Shown piece by piece: positions 1 to 12,980 of a DNA stretch of 64,000 bases (position 1 is its first letter; the number at the start of each line of letters is the position of its first letter). The notes under the pieces are model-generated. The model was not told where the DNA came from and did no database searches. It saw only the letters and a program-made list of their open reading frames with translations. Position numbers and translations under genes: made by a program. Source of the stretch: Pristiophorus japonicus (Eukaryota); assembly GCF_044704955.1 (NCBI RefSeq), contig NC_091980.1, positions 26,784,001 to 26,848,000 on the forward strand, written 5' to 3'.

Positions 1-344
1 CTCCTAAATGCTAGCTTGCATAGCATTCCATGGGCACTGTCTACTCTCTGGTACCTGACCCAAATGGCTATTGTTCATGTGTAAGCCTTGAGGGTGGATG
101 TTGACAGCCTATTTGCCCTTGGTGGGCATCATAACCGAGCCTACTTGTGACCTCACCAAATACCCACAAATGTACACATCCAAATGTGGGAGCTGACTAG
201 CATCAGGGGCAGCACCCCTGGTCAATGGTGGCCTCCACATCTCAATTAGCGGTGGCTAATTGCAACGTCCCTGTGTTCACCGCCCCAGCTAAGCTGAGCC
301 AATGTGGTATGTGGGAGCAAGATCAAACTGGGATCATCCTTGTC

Positions 345-2182
345 CCAGTTCTGGGCAGTTCTGTGCACCATAACTTAGGAAGGATGTATTGGACTAGGAG
401 GGAGTGCAGTGCAGGTTTACCAGAATGATACCTGCACTCCAAGGATTAAATTACGAGGAGAGATTGCACAAACTATGGTGTATTCCTCAGAATTTAGATG
501 GTTAAGGGGTGATTTGATCGAAGTTTTCAAGGTCCTAAGGGGAGCAGATAGGGTAGATAGAGAGAAACTATTTCTGCTGGTTGAGGATTCTAGGACGAGG
601 GGGCATAGTCTAAAAATTAGAGCCAGACCTTTCAGGAATGAAATTAGGAAACACTTAGAAATATAGAATCATAGAAAATTTATGACACAGAAGGAGGCCA
701 TTCGGCCCATCATGTCCATGCCGTAGCCCTGTAGGTTACGGCTCTTTATGCGCACATCCAAATACTTTTTAAATACCTTTCAGGTAGTGAGTTCCAGACC
801 CCCACCACCCTCTCTAGGTGAAGAAATATTTCCTCATATCCCCTCTAGTCCATCCACCAATTACTTCAAATCTATGCCCCTGGTTATTGACCCCTCTGCT
901 AAGGGAAATAGACCCTTCCTATCCACTCTATCTAGGTTCCTCATAATTTTTTACATCTCAATTAAATCTCTCCTCAGCCTCCTCTGTTCCAAGAAAATCG
1001 ACCGCTGCTTATCCAATCTTTCCTCATAGCTACATTCTCATATTCCTGGCAACATCCTTGTAAATCTCCCCTGCACCCTCTCTAATGCAATCACATCCTT
1101 CCTGTAGTGTGGTGACCAGAAGTGCACACAGTACTCCAGCTGTGGCCTAACTAGTGTTGTAGTCTTCCAGTTGCAAAAACTCCCCTCAATTGTTACCCTT
1201 TGTTTCCTGCCACTGAGCCCATTTTGGATCCAATTTGTCACTCTCCTATGGATCCCATGGGCTTTTACATTTTTGATCAGTTTACCATGTGGGGCCTTGT
1301 CAAAAACCTTGCTGAAATCCATGTAAACTATATCAAAGGCACTGTCCTCATCGACTGTCCTTGTTACCTTCTCAAAAAACTCAATCAAGTTAGTCAGACA
1401 CGACCTTCCCTTAACAAATCCATGCTGACTCTCCTTGATTAATCTGTATCTTTCTAAATGAAGCTTTATACTGTTCCTCAGAATTGATTCCAGTAATTTG
1501 CCCACCACCGAGGTTAAACTAACTGGCCTGCAATTGCTCGGTTTATCCCTTCCTCCCTTTTTAAACAATGGTACAAGGTTCGCAATTTTCCAATCCTCTG
1601 GCACAACTCCTACAGCCAGGGAGGATTGAAAAATGATGGTCAGAGCCTTCGCAATTTCTTCTCTCGCTTCTTTTAATATCCTTGGATATATTCCTTCGGT
1701 CCTGGTCATTTACTTCAAGGATGCTAAACCCCTTAATACATCCTCTCTTACTATATTTATCCCATCCAATATTTCATAATCTTCCTCCTGAACAACATCA
1801 GCATCGTCCCCCTCTTTTGTGAAGACAGCCGCAAAGTATTCTTTAAGTACCTTACCCATATCCTCCGCCTCCATTTTGATCCCTAATAGGCCCTACCCAT
1901 TCCTTAGTTATCCCCTTGCTCTTTATGTAATTGTAAAACATCTTTGGTTATATACACAATAGGTGGTAGAAGTTTGGAACTCTCTTCCACAAATGGCAAT
2001 TGATGCTAGATCAGTAGTTTTATTTAAATCTGAGATTGATAATTTTTTGTTAACCAAAGGTATGAAGGGATATCGTACAAAGGCGGGTATATGGAGTTAG
2101 ATCACAGATCAACCATGATCTCATTGAATGGTGGAACAGGCTCGATGGGCTAAATGACCAACTCCGGGTCCTATGTTCCTAT
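345..2182 (+). mobile_element. CR1-type LINE 3' fragment, split by a second CR1 insertion (658-1950)
   Basis: ORF 409-666 gives CR1 C-terminal motifs (LRGDLIEVFK...SRTRGHSLKI). The sequence breaks at 'aggaaacactt' (657) and resumes at 'acacaataggtggtagaagtttggaactc' (~1953), ending in a ctatgttcctatg tail. Confidence 0.8.
658..1950 (-). mobile_element. CR1-type LINE fragment (RT, internally deleted) with 3' tail
   Basis: ORF 1038-1709(-) has CR1 RT motifs (PVSLTSVVGKLLE, QHGFVKGRSCLTNL, DFSKVFDK); tail repeat near 658-675. Confidence 0.85.
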
Positions 2183-2410
2183 GCTGTCTCTATGGTTCAC
2201 CAACTCTCTCTATAACTTCACTGAGCCATTAGTCAGCTAACTTCTGTGGTCCTTCCATGATGAACTACTGATTGGTTGCAGTCATTAACCTCCCCGCCAT
2301 TTTATGTAAATACTGAATGTTGCTAACATCAATGTAGATAATGCTTTAGAATAGTTATAGGGTCCATCAGTGTGAGTAACCTGAACAAGCATCAGCAGAG
2401 ATATGAATCA

Positions 2411-2625
2411 CCATTGTCACCGAGAGCCTGCAGAAACCAAGCGCAGACAGTGGAAGGAGCGTGCGGCAAACCAGGCTCCCCACCTACCATTTCTTTCAAC
2501 CACTGTCTGTCCGACCTGTGACAGAGACTGTAATTCCCGCATTGGACTGTACAGTCATCTGAGAACTCACCTTTAGAGTGGAAGCAAGTCTTCCTCGATT
2601 TCAGGGGACTGCCTATGATGATGAC
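2411..2625 (+). mobile_element. RTE-type LINE 3' end
   Basis: Encodes CPTCDRDCNSRIGLYSHLRTH, followed by a 'gggactgcctatgatgatga' tail. Confidence 0.8.
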
Positions 2626-2802
2626 GAAATCACCATCCATATATATCAAAATCTCCCGTATATGTTGTACAAAGTAACAATGGAAATGGCAAAAATCTGT
2701 AAAGAAGATAGGAAATGCTAGAAATACACGATGTCCGACTCTGTGACGTTATCTCAGCTCCCTCTGACAGTGAGGCTCAATATTGTTAGCTCAGCTCCCT
2801 CT

Positions 2803-3456
2803 TCATCATCGGCAGTCCCTCGGAATCGAGGAAGACTTGCTTCCACGCTAAAAATGAGTCCTTAGGTGGCTGAACAGTCCAATACGAGCGCCACAGACTC
2901 TGTCACAGGTGGGGCAGATAGTTGTTGAGGGAAGGGGTGGGTGGGACTGGTTTGCCGCACGCTCCTTCTGCTGCCTGCGCTTGATTTCTGCATGCTCTCG
3001 CCGATGAGACTCGAGGTGCTCAGCGGCCTCCCGGATGCACTTCCTCCACTTAGGGCAGTCTTTGGCCAGGGACTCCCAGGTGTCAGTGGGGATGTTGCTC
3101 TTTATCAGGGAGACTTTGAGGGTGCCCTTGTAATGTTTCCTCTGCCCACCTTTGGCTCGCTTGCCGTGAAGGAGTTCTGAGTAGAGTGCTTGCTTTGGGA
3201 GCCTCGTGTCTGGCATGTGGACAATGTGGCCTGCCTGGCGGAGTTGATCAAGTGTGGTCAGTGCTTCAATGCTGGGGATGTTGGCCTGGTCAAGGATGTT
3301 AACGTTGGTGCATCTGTCCTCCCAGGGGATTTGTAGGATCTTGCGGAGATATCATTGGTGGTATTTCACCAGCGACTTGAGGTGTCTACTGTACATGATC
3401 CATGTCTCTGAGCCATAAAGGAGGGCGGGTATTACTACAGCCCTGTCGACCATGAG
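2803..3456 (-). mobile_element. RTE-type LINE, 5'-truncated, inserted in a short tandem repeat
   Basis: ORF 2848-3216(-) RLPKQALYSEL...CPTCDRVC...HLRTH. Flanked by the direct repeat tattgttagctcagctccctct (2781-2802, 3457-3478). Confidence 0.85.
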
Positions 3457-3746
3457 TATTGTTAGCTCAGCTCCCTCTTGTGGTCAGGCTCAGTAGTGTT
3501 AGCTCAGCTCCCTCTTATAGTCAGGCTTGATCGCCGCTGGAGGCGGGAATGGAGGCCCGGTCGCCTGGTTGGAGGCTCACCTGGCTCACCAGCCATCATC
3601 GAGGATCAGGAATCGGGTGGGGCAGCTGAGTCGACATCGAAGGAGGAGGCCGCTGAAGGAGGGAAGAGGTCCAGGCCCAGATCGCCACCGCAGGAGGCCT
3701 GGTCGTCGCTGGCAGTCTGGCACTGAAGTATGGTGGAGAGGCACTG

Positions 3747-5165
3747 TTGGTTCGAATACTTGACCTCTTCTCTCTTATCTGGAGGGAGGAGAGCATGCCA
3801 GGAGATCTCAGAGATGCAGTGATCATGACCATCTTTAAAAAAGGGGACAAGTCCGACTGCGGCAGCTACAGAGGAATCTCCTTGTTATCAGTCATTGGGA
3901 AAATCATCGCCAGAGTCCTCCTCAACCGTCTTCTCCCTGTGGCTGAGGAGCTCCTCCCAGAGTCAGAGTGCAGATTTTGTGCCCTCCGGGGCACAACAGA
4001 CATGATTTTTACAGCAAGACAGTTGCAGCAAAAATGCAGGGAACAGTGCCAGCCCTTATACATGGCCTTTTTTGACCTTACAAAGGCCTTTGACACTGTC
4101 AACCGCGAGGGTCTATGGAGTGTCCACCTCCATTTCGGATGCCCCCAAAAGTTCATCACCATCCTCTGCCTGCTCCACGATGACATGCAGGCTGTAATCT
4201 TTACCAATGGATCCATTACAGGTCCAATCTATGCCCGGACCATAGTCAAACAGGGCTGCATCATCGCCCCAACCCTCTTCTCAATCTTCCTCACTGCCAT
4301 GCTCTACTTCACAGTCAACAAGCTCCCCGCTGGAGTGGAACTAAACTACAGAATCAGTGGGAACCTGTTCAACCTTCGTCGCCTCCAGGCCAGGTCCAAG
4401 ATCGCCCCAACCTCTGTCGTCAATCTACAGTACGCGGACGATGCCTGCATCTGCGCACATAGAGAGGCTGAACTCCAAGTCATAGTCAACGTATTTACTG
4501 AGACATATGAAAGCATGGGCCTTATGCTAAACATCCGTAAGACAAAGGCCTCCACCAACCTGTCCATGCTGTTCAGCACTGCCCCCAATCATCAAGATCC
4601 ACAGTGCGGCCCTGGACAACGTGAACCATTTCCCATACCGCGGGAGCCTCTTATCAATAAGAGCAAATATTGCCAACGAGATTCAACACCGCCTCCAGTG
4701 TGCCAGTACAGCCTTCGGCCGCCTGAGGAAAAGAGTGTTTGAAGACCAGGCCCTCAAATCTGCCACCAAGCTCATGGTCTACAGGGCTGTAGTAATACCC
4801 GCTCTCCTATATGGCACAGAGACATGGAGACATGGACCATGAACAGTAGACACCTCAAGTCGCTGGAGAAATACCACCAACGATGTCTCCGCAAAATCCT
4901 ACAAATCCCCTGGGAGGACAGATGCACCAACATTAGCGTCCTCGACCAGGCCAACATCACCAGCATTGAAGTACTTGATCAACTCTGCTGGGCAGGCCAC
5001 ATTGTTCGCATGCCAGTCACGAGACTCCCAAAGCAAGCGCTCTACTCGGAACTCCTTCACGGCAAATGAGCCAAAGGTGGGCAGAGGAAACGTTACAAGG
5101 ACACCCTCAAAGCCTCCCTGATAAAGTGCAGCATCCCCACCGACACCTGGGAATCCTTGGCTCAG
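3747..5165 (+). mobile_element. RTE-type LINE reverse transcriptase region (frameshifted)
   Basis: ORF 3747-4742: YRGISLLS, DLTKAFD, VKQGCIIAP, QYADD. Continues in other frames to RLPKQALYSEL. Confidence 0.9.
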
Positions 5166-6430
5166 AGCACGTTCCCGCCTCGGGACCGTCTTCTCCCGTA
5201 TCCGTCCAAGCAGTGCTTCGGCTGTCACCGCACCCCCCCCCCCGCCCCCCAAATGAAGCATCGCCTGAGGGCCTCTTCGGCCAGGCGGCATGGAGTCAGG
5301 AGGGGAAGGGGAAGGAGTAGAGGTGGGGAAGAGAAGCGGGGCGGGGAAAGGATTGGTTTTTACAGGAATACTAATGATTTCAGACTAATGTTTGGTTTAG
5401 ATGTTTTTTATTTAACAAAACCTTGTAGCACATTGGCTCAGATTGCTGCACCATTACACGCTGGTGATTCCTTGACATCACACTTAACTTTAATCAATTT
5501 AAACTTTAACTGTCACTAAAGTGATGCCCACCATTGATATATGACCTGCACACCCAGCAGTGTGTCAGCCTTGTAAATAACACCAATGTTCTTTCAGGCA
5601 AAGCAATCATTGATGAGCTCCTGACATAAGGCTCTTGCAGCTATCATGCCACCAGGGGCCCTTTCATGTGGTCTACAGGGTAGCAGGGGGCATGGCTTCA
5701 GCATCAGCCTGATTGTCTGGGCCGATGTCAGCGTCCGCCTCTTCATCCTCCTCTTCCTCTCTCTGGTGAAGGGGACTGTCAGACTCATCAGGCAATTCTT
5801 GTCCCTTCCTAATAGCTAAGTCGTGTAGCATTGAAGCACACCACCACGAATTGAGCTACCTACTCAGAGTGGTATTGAAGATCAGCTCCTGAGTGGTCCA
5901 GGCATCTAAAGTGTTGCTTCAGCATTCCAATGGTTTTCTCCACGATATTGCGAGTTGCTCTGTGGCTCTCGTTGTATCACCTCTCAGCCTCGGTGTGGGT
6001 GTCACGCAGTAGGGTCATCAGCCAGGTGGCAAGGCCATATCCTTTGTCCCCAAGCATCCAGCATTGACCTTGTGGCTCATTGTTAAACAAGTCAGATACA
6101 GTGCTCCCACGCAGGCTGTGAGCATCATGGATGCTGCCCGGAAATTGAGCATTCGCTGCCAGTATAATTTGCTGGTGATCGACAACCAGTTGGACATTCA
6201 GGGAGTGGAATCCCTTGCGGTTCCTGAAAACCTCAGCATCCTGAAAAGGTGCCCGCATCGCGATGTGCGTACAGTCTATTGCTCCCTGCGTCTTGGGGAA
6301 GTTTGCAATTCTGGAGAATCCTAGAGCCCTCTCACTCTTTCATAGGGAAGCTGATCAAGTCGCTCCTACGTGCGTACAGGGCGTCAGTGACCTGTTTAAT
6401 GCAGCAATATGTGGCATGCTGGGAAAGTCC
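5166..6430 (-). mobile_element. Harbinger/PIF transposon fragment: DDE transposase C-terminal half (-), with a probable end of the Myb/SANT partner gene (+)
   Basis: ORF 5977-6258(-): FRNRKGFHSLNVQLVVD...PGSIHDA...LGDKGY...WLMT, i.e. HARBI1-like DDE motifs. An RGRGR-rich tail lies on + near 5280-5340. Confidence 0.85.
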
Positions 6431-6659
6431 GTTCTACTTGCCCAGATGACTGTGGGTGATAAGGACAGTGTAAGTTCCATGTAATGTTCAGTAACCTACA
6501 AACTTCTTGGCAAACAGCACCCGTAGAATGGGTTCTTTGATCGGAGTCAATACTATTTGGAACCCCCCATTGGGGAATATAATCCTTGCACAGGACCTTG
6601 GCAGTGTGGGTGGCCGTGGCCCTTCTGGTTAGTACGGCCTCTACCCGTCTGGAGAATCA

Positions 6660-7270
6660 GTCGACGATCACCAGAACGTCGGTAAAACAGTGAAGATAAC
6701 TCAATGAGAAACAGTGTGGTACTTGGGTGGGTGGTAGAGAATGATGATTTTTAATGAGAGGCGAGTGGGATGGAACAAGGTGAGTTGGTGAAAAGGTGCC
6801 AGAGGAGAAGGGGACAGGCCAAAGTGTGATTTAGTGATCAGACCACACCACAACTGGGGCGGTTTGGGCGGGGCAAGGGGTAGAAGGTATAGGCAGGTGG
6901 GGAGGCTTCATTAAAGCTGAAGGTTTCATCACCAATCAGCCAGGTTTCTGTCAAGGCCAGGTTGTTGATGCAATCATCTACAATAAGCTCATGGATGGCA
7001 AGGGCCTTGTTCAAAAATGAACAGGCATTCTGGAGGGAGATTCGGAGAGCGGTGGTGATAGCCAATCTGCTCGCAGAGTCTGCAGAGTCAGCATTGGGAA
7101 AGGTGAGTGGGGCAGTAAGGAGATTGGCAAGATTTTCCCCCACCAGGCACGCTAGGTGGGAAGGTCGGTGAGGGAGTAGGATGGGGCAGTTGGGGTTGCT
7201 GTTCAGAAGGAGCCAGCAGCAAGTGTCTCAATGGGCCATTCGGAGGATGCCAGGAGAGGCAAAGAGGGAA
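6660..7270 (-). mobile_element. L2/CR1-clade LINE endonuclease N-terminal fragment
   Basis: ORF 6838-7143(-): LQNACSFLNK...LALTETWL...PRPNRPSCGVV (APE endonuclease motifs). Confidence 0.7.
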
Positions 7271-8056
7271 GCTCGAGGCTTATATAAGAGGGAGTCAAGC
7301 CTTGGCAGGAGAGTAAGAAGGTCAAGGGGTGGTGAGGTGTTGGGGTGGGGATTTGTCAGAGCAGAGTGCCCAAGAGGGGAGAAATGAAAGGGAACATAAT
7401 GACAGGAGAGAGGAATCTAGGAAAGGTAACGAGAAAAGAAGAAAAGAAACAAAGAAAAAGAATGATGATTGACTGCCAGATTCAGATTTCCACAGAGCAA
7501 CATCTCAGGGTGTTTGGAGGATATCAGGTAGACTCTCTGTCAGAGGTTTGAAGATACTAATGATTCCAGTCGCTCTGTTCTCACACAGATTTGCAATCAT
7601 CAGCCTTCTGACCCTTCTTTTAGATGAATTGCAAGAGACTGCTCCGAGGGGCCAAGTCTCCCTCATCACAGCAGCTCAGGGGAACTCTCAGGATTGTCCT
7701 CCCAGATGCCTTCACAAGAAAGAGTTGCTCTGTAGACCCAGATTACTGAGGATCCAAACCCAGAGAAGCAAGTTGTGGTGGGTCCATCCTAAGACTCAGC
7801 AATCCCGAGAGTAGGCCCACCTCTGGCTTCGGATGTTCAATCCAAATGACAGGAGACATTTACATCACAAAAACCAGGGCCAAGTGTGGCAAGTATAAAT
7901 GTTAGAACAGGGCAAAGAGATATTGTCAAGTAACAAGGGATAAGCACAGTGACAATCCTTAGTTAATTGTGATTAAAGTTCTTCAAGACTGATGATGTCA
8001 TATTTTGTGATTCTTTGACCATTCCAGAAAGGATTTGGAAAAAGAGTTCACTTTAA

Positions 8057-8217
8057 ATACAAAAGCAAAATACTGTGGATGCTGGAATCTGAAATAAAAA
8101 CAGAAAATGCTGGAAATACTCAGCAGGTCAGGCAGCATCTGTGGAGAGAGAAACAGAGTTAGCGGTTCAGGTCGATGAGGAAGGGTCATCGACTGAAAAC
8201 TTTCACTCTGTTTCTCT
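8057..8217 (-). mobile_element. Short Penelope-type repeat with inverted terminus and decayed hammerhead core
   Basis: Same family as 23900-24030 and 20678-21090. Contains gggtcatcgac...gaaa and an inverted copy of agagaaacagagt. Confidence 0.55.
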
Positions 8218-8245
8218 AGTTACTTTTAAATGTTGGGATTTAACG

Positions 8246-8743
8246 TGAAGTGTATTCACACAAGTTATTCTAACATACGTGGTCAAAATGCTTCACAGAT
8301 AAACTCTGATGTTGTTTCCCTGTGGATTGTAGATTATAACCAATTTGTTAAACTGTCTCAGCAATTGATTATCAATGAATGCCTCTACCCATTGTGTTGG
8401 GCACCTCTGGTCTCCTCGGGTTAACAGCAGAAGATAAAAAGAGAGAGACATAGGCAGTTCAACATCATTCTGGCTTAAAACAGAAGCTGCAAGGGCCAGC
8501 TTGGGCCGGGCTTAGAGAGTCGATAGAGAGGAAGGTAGTTAGGAGTTAAGATAGGTGACCAATTGGTTTGGAAAAGAATAGCTGCTCCTAATTTTGAAAT
8601 TATATAAAAAGACAGGTTGTACTGATCGAACTAAATGAATCTGATCATAATGATTATTCTGTATATTCACTCGCTGTGAAATAAAGCAGCTAAACAATTC
8701 ATCTCAGCCTTGTCTCACCAAGGGGTTTTTTGGTCCACCTTCA
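8246..8743 (+). mobile_element. Candidate solo LTR
   Basis: TGAAG...CTTCA termini, TATATAAAAA at 8601, AATAAA at 8680, length ~500 bp. The TSD is imperfect (taacg/aaatg). Confidence 0.45.
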
Positions 8744-9139
8744 AAATGACTAAAGAAGTGAACATGCGATAGACAGGAATATCCAGTTCAGATGACAAAG
8801 GGGTCTTATTCTTACACCCTTAAGATATGCTGTCATATGGTTAGATATTGGGCAGAATGAGAACATCCCTAAATGTAAGACATTCAGGGCCGAAATTCAA
8901 TAGCACCGCATTTCAGACGATAACTTTTTAAACATTGACGATCTAGCGCCCTGCGAGATGGCCTGGGAAATTGTGGGAAATTGGGCAATTTTCCCTCAGA
9001 AATGAAGCAAGGCGGTATCAGGCGCTAATGGCCTCATGGGGGCGCTGCAGGGGCGCTATTACCAACGCTGCACACAATCTCACCTGACTTTCTTTCACTG
9101 ATAATGAGGTTGCTGTTCATTCCAGTTCTTAAAGGGGAT

Positions 9140-9648
9140 GTCTGGAGTATGGCATACAGTTTTAGTCTCCTTATTTAAGGAAGGATATACTTGCATTGGA
9201 GGCAGTTCAGAGAAGGTTCACAAGGTTGATTCCTGAGATGATTGGGTTGTCTTATGAAGAAAGCTTGAGCAGGTTGGGCCTATACTCATTAGAAGAATGA
9301 GCGGTGATCTTATTGACATGTATAAGATTCTGAGGGGGCTTGACAGGATTGATGTGGAGAGGATGTTTCTCCTCATGGGGGAATCTAGAACTAGGGGGCA
9401 GAGTTTCAGAATAAGGGATTGCCCATTTAAAATGGAAATGAGGAGGGAGGCTGGGTCATTGAATATATATAAGGTGGAGATAGACAGATTATTAACCGAT
9501 AAGGGAGTCAAGGGTTATGTGGAGCGGGCAGGGAAATGGAGTCGAGGCCAGGATCAGATCAGCCATGGTCTTATTGAATGGCGGAGCAGACTCAAGAGGC
9601 AAAATGGCCTACTCCTGCTCCTATTTCTTATGTTCTTATGTTCGTATG
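9140..9648 (+). mobile_element. CR1 3' fragment
   Basis: GDLIDMYKILRGLDR...SRTRGQS; tail cttatgttcttatgttc. Confidence 0.8.
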
Positions 9649-10144
9649 TTGTTTCGGGCAGCACCTGGTCAATCTCATCATTTGTTCAGTTGACTGAGCT
9701 GCAAGGAAGGTGTGCAATGGGTGCTGCAAGGTAATATGCAAGGAGCACTCAGTTCAGTGAGCTGGAGTTGGAGACATTGGTGGGGGCAGTCGAGAGAAGG
9801 AGGGATGCACTGTTCCCTCCATCTGGGAGAAGGCCAACTCCACAGATTTTAAGGGCGATGTGGGCAGAGATGGCTGCGGAGGTATCGGGTAGCACGGTGG
9901 TGGATAGAGCCCCTACACAGTGTCGCAAAAAATTCAATTACCTCACTCGGGTGATCAAAGTGAGTACATGTTTCCACAACTCTTACATAGCAGCCTCTGA
10001 GCCTAGTCTGTGCACACTCTGCTAACCAGCACTTAACCCAGCAGGTAGCCACCAACCTTCTGTGCCTACTCACACTCACAGCCTCATTTCAAGACCTCGG
10101 ACTAGCCTTCATCATGACTATGCCTGAGTGGGTGCTGTGTAGGT

Positions 10145-12980
10145 CACGTATGAAAGTTTTCCTGCCTTTCTTTGGCAAGTAACGCGGCTGCCCCATAAGA
10201 GGCAATCTGAATGGAGCGACATTTCATCTTTACGACGGTGAAACGGCTTGATCTCGTCTTGCATGTCTCTAGGGTCCACTGACCAGCTCCCATTGAGGAC
10301 GTAACTTTTTACAAGGGATAGCAGAGGATCCTGACTGGTCCAGGTCTTAACTTGTCAGGCCGTTACGGGTGACCCTTCGCTATCAAAGGTATCCATGGCC
10401 AGTAGCAGGTCTGCAGGCTGCACCGTTTCCACCCCATAGGCAACGGTAGTCGGCTGAGGGCATCGGTGCAGTTTTCAGTGCTTGGCCTGTGGCGGATCAC
10501 ATAGTCGTAGGCAGACAATGTTAGTGCCCATCTTTGGATTTGAGACGAAGCATTGGTGTTTATGCCTTTGCTTTCCGAAAACAGTGAGATTAGGGGCTTG
10601 TGGTCCGTCTCTAACTCGAACCTGAGTCCAAACAAATATTGGTGCATCTTTTTTACACCGTAAACACAGGCTAAAGCCTCCTTTTCGACCATGCTGTAGC
10701 CTCTTTCGGCCTTTGATAGGCTTCTGGATGCATATGCAACTGGTTGGAGCTTGCCCACTGCATTGGCTTGCAGCAAAACACACCCGACACCGTACAACGA
10801 CGCATCACATGCTAAAACTAGACGTTTACATGGGTCATATAATACCAGCAACTTATTCGAACACAGCAGGTTTCTGGCCTTCTCAGAGGTGGCCTCTTGA
10901 TTTTTACCCCAAGCCCAGTCGTCTCCCTTGCGTAACAGCTTGTGCAATGGTTCCAGCAAGGTGCTCAACCCTGGAAGAAAGTTACCGAAATACTTGAGGA
11001 GTCCCAGGAACGAGCACAACTCCGTTACATTTCGTGGTGTGGGTGCATTCTTGATGGCCTCTGTCTTTGAGTCCGTGGGTCTGATGCCGTCTGCCGCAAT
11101 CTTCCTCCCCAGGAATTCTACCTCTGGCACCAGGATCGTTTCACCTGGAGTCCAACTCTGCTTAAAACTTCTTCCAGGTTGTGCAGGTGTTCGGAGGTGT
11201 CGCGGCCAGTGATGAGGATGTCGTCCTGAAATACGACAGTGTGTGGAACTGATTTCAACAGGCTCTCCATGCTTCTTTCGAATATGGCTGCAGCCGAGCG
11301 AATCCCGAACGGGCACCAGTGGTACATGAACAGTCCTTTGTGCGTGTTAATGCATGTTAATTTTTTTGACGACTCAGGTAAGCGGAGATTAGATCCAGCT
11401 TGGTGAACGCCTTTCCCCCTGCTAATGTCTGGAAAAAGGCATCGGCTTTGGGTAGTGGGTACTGGTCCTGTAACGAGACTCGGTTGATCGTTACTTTGTA
11501 GTCGCCACAGATTCTGACCGTGCCATCGCTCTTTAGTACTGGAACAATCTGGCTGGCCCACTCATTGAACTGGACTGGCGATATGGTTCCCTCGCATTGA
11601 AGTCTGTCCAATTCGATCTCCACTTTCTCCCTGATCATGTTGGGGACCACTTGAGCCTTGTGATGAATGGTCCATGCCTCGGGGCCATGTGGATCTGTAC
11701 TTTGGCGCCTGTGAAGTTGCCGATGCCGAGTTCAAATAAAGATGGGAACTTGCTCAGCACTTGAGCACAGGAAGCATTGTCCACTGACGATAATACTTTG
11801 ACATCTTCCCAGTTCCACTGAATCTTCCCCATCCAACTTCTGCCAAGCAGCGTTGGCCCATCGCCTGGTACAATCAACAGTGGCAGCTCATGTGCCTCTC
11901 CATCATGGGATACTTTTACATTTGCACTGCCAATAACTGGTATCAGTTCCTTGGTGTAAATGTGCAGCTTTATCTGAATCGGGCTCAGCTTGGGTCTTTG
12001 TGTTTTGTTGCCCCACAGCCTTTCAAATGCCTTCTGGCTCATAATTGACTGACTCGCCCCCGTGTCCAGCTCCATGAATACAGGAACGCCATTTAATTTG
12101 ACTTTTATCATCATGGGAGGACTTTTTGTGGAGAGGGTGTGCACCCTGTACTCTGCTCCCTTGGGCTGAGTTGCCTCTCTAGCTTGTGCCTTGCGATCCA
12201 CGCTGGATCGGGACTCTTCTGCCGACTCCACTGCCACATGGTGAGTTGCAGTACATTTGCACATTCGCTGGAGGTGCCCCATGACTACCCCCACAACGCT
12301 AGCATTGTGTTAATGATTTCGCATTTACACCCCTTGGCGGCCTAGTTGCAGCAGGCATGTAGGCTCTGCTCTGTACAGTTCTTATTAGTTCAACAGTTCT
12401 GCCTGCAATCGGCGTTATTTTACGTACAGTACTTGCCAGTGAGCTCCGATTCTGATAGGAAGTCATCTGTATGGTATCGCGAATTAGTTCAGTCAGCTCA
12501 TCATATGTCTTATCCTTGGCCTACCTGGGTGCCAGCAAGGCTCTATGAGGCGGTAGACCTCGGGCCCACAACTGGTCAGCAGTATAGCCTTGCGCTTCTC
12601 CGCCAATGTGTCCGTCTCCCCTGTCAGTTCGTTTGCCACGAAATATTGCACGAGTCTTTCCTTGAAGGCATCCCAATCATCAGCCTCTGTGAAGTCTTTT
12701 AGTATGCCAAAGGTAGCCATAATCGCGTGAAATAACTCATCGCCAGTTATTATATCTGCAATTACCATTGAATAACTCCACAAGGCCTTGTACTGTGAGT
12801 AAGAGCTGTGTGACTTCAGTCCATTTAATACAACTGCAAAGTGAGGAGCAGCATGGCTGGCTCCCTTTTATATCCCCCTCACACCAGGGTAAGCAACCCC
12901 TGAACCTCCACAAGCAACGTCCTCAGGTGGTACATCATACATAGTTACATAGTGAATACAAAGAGTTTGCATACATGACA
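10145..12980 (-). mobile_element. Ty3/Gypsy (Mag-like) LTR retrotransposon, 3'-truncated; 5' LTR ~12750-12980
   Basis: Begins TGTCATGTATG on -, PBS TGGCGATGAG just inside the LTR. Gag (GILKDF...), protease ELDTGASQS, RT CPFG..FQDDILI, RNase H ACDAS...EKEALA...ETDHKPL; frameshifted. Confidence 0.9.

Noticed and set aside
1-344. Possible old tRNA-derived SINE on -
   Set aside because: Too degenerate and truncated by the window edge to assign by eye.
7500-7960. ORF 7548-7814 with an acceptor-like tttag
   Set aside because: No recognisable domain or partner exons; possibly a TE remnant.
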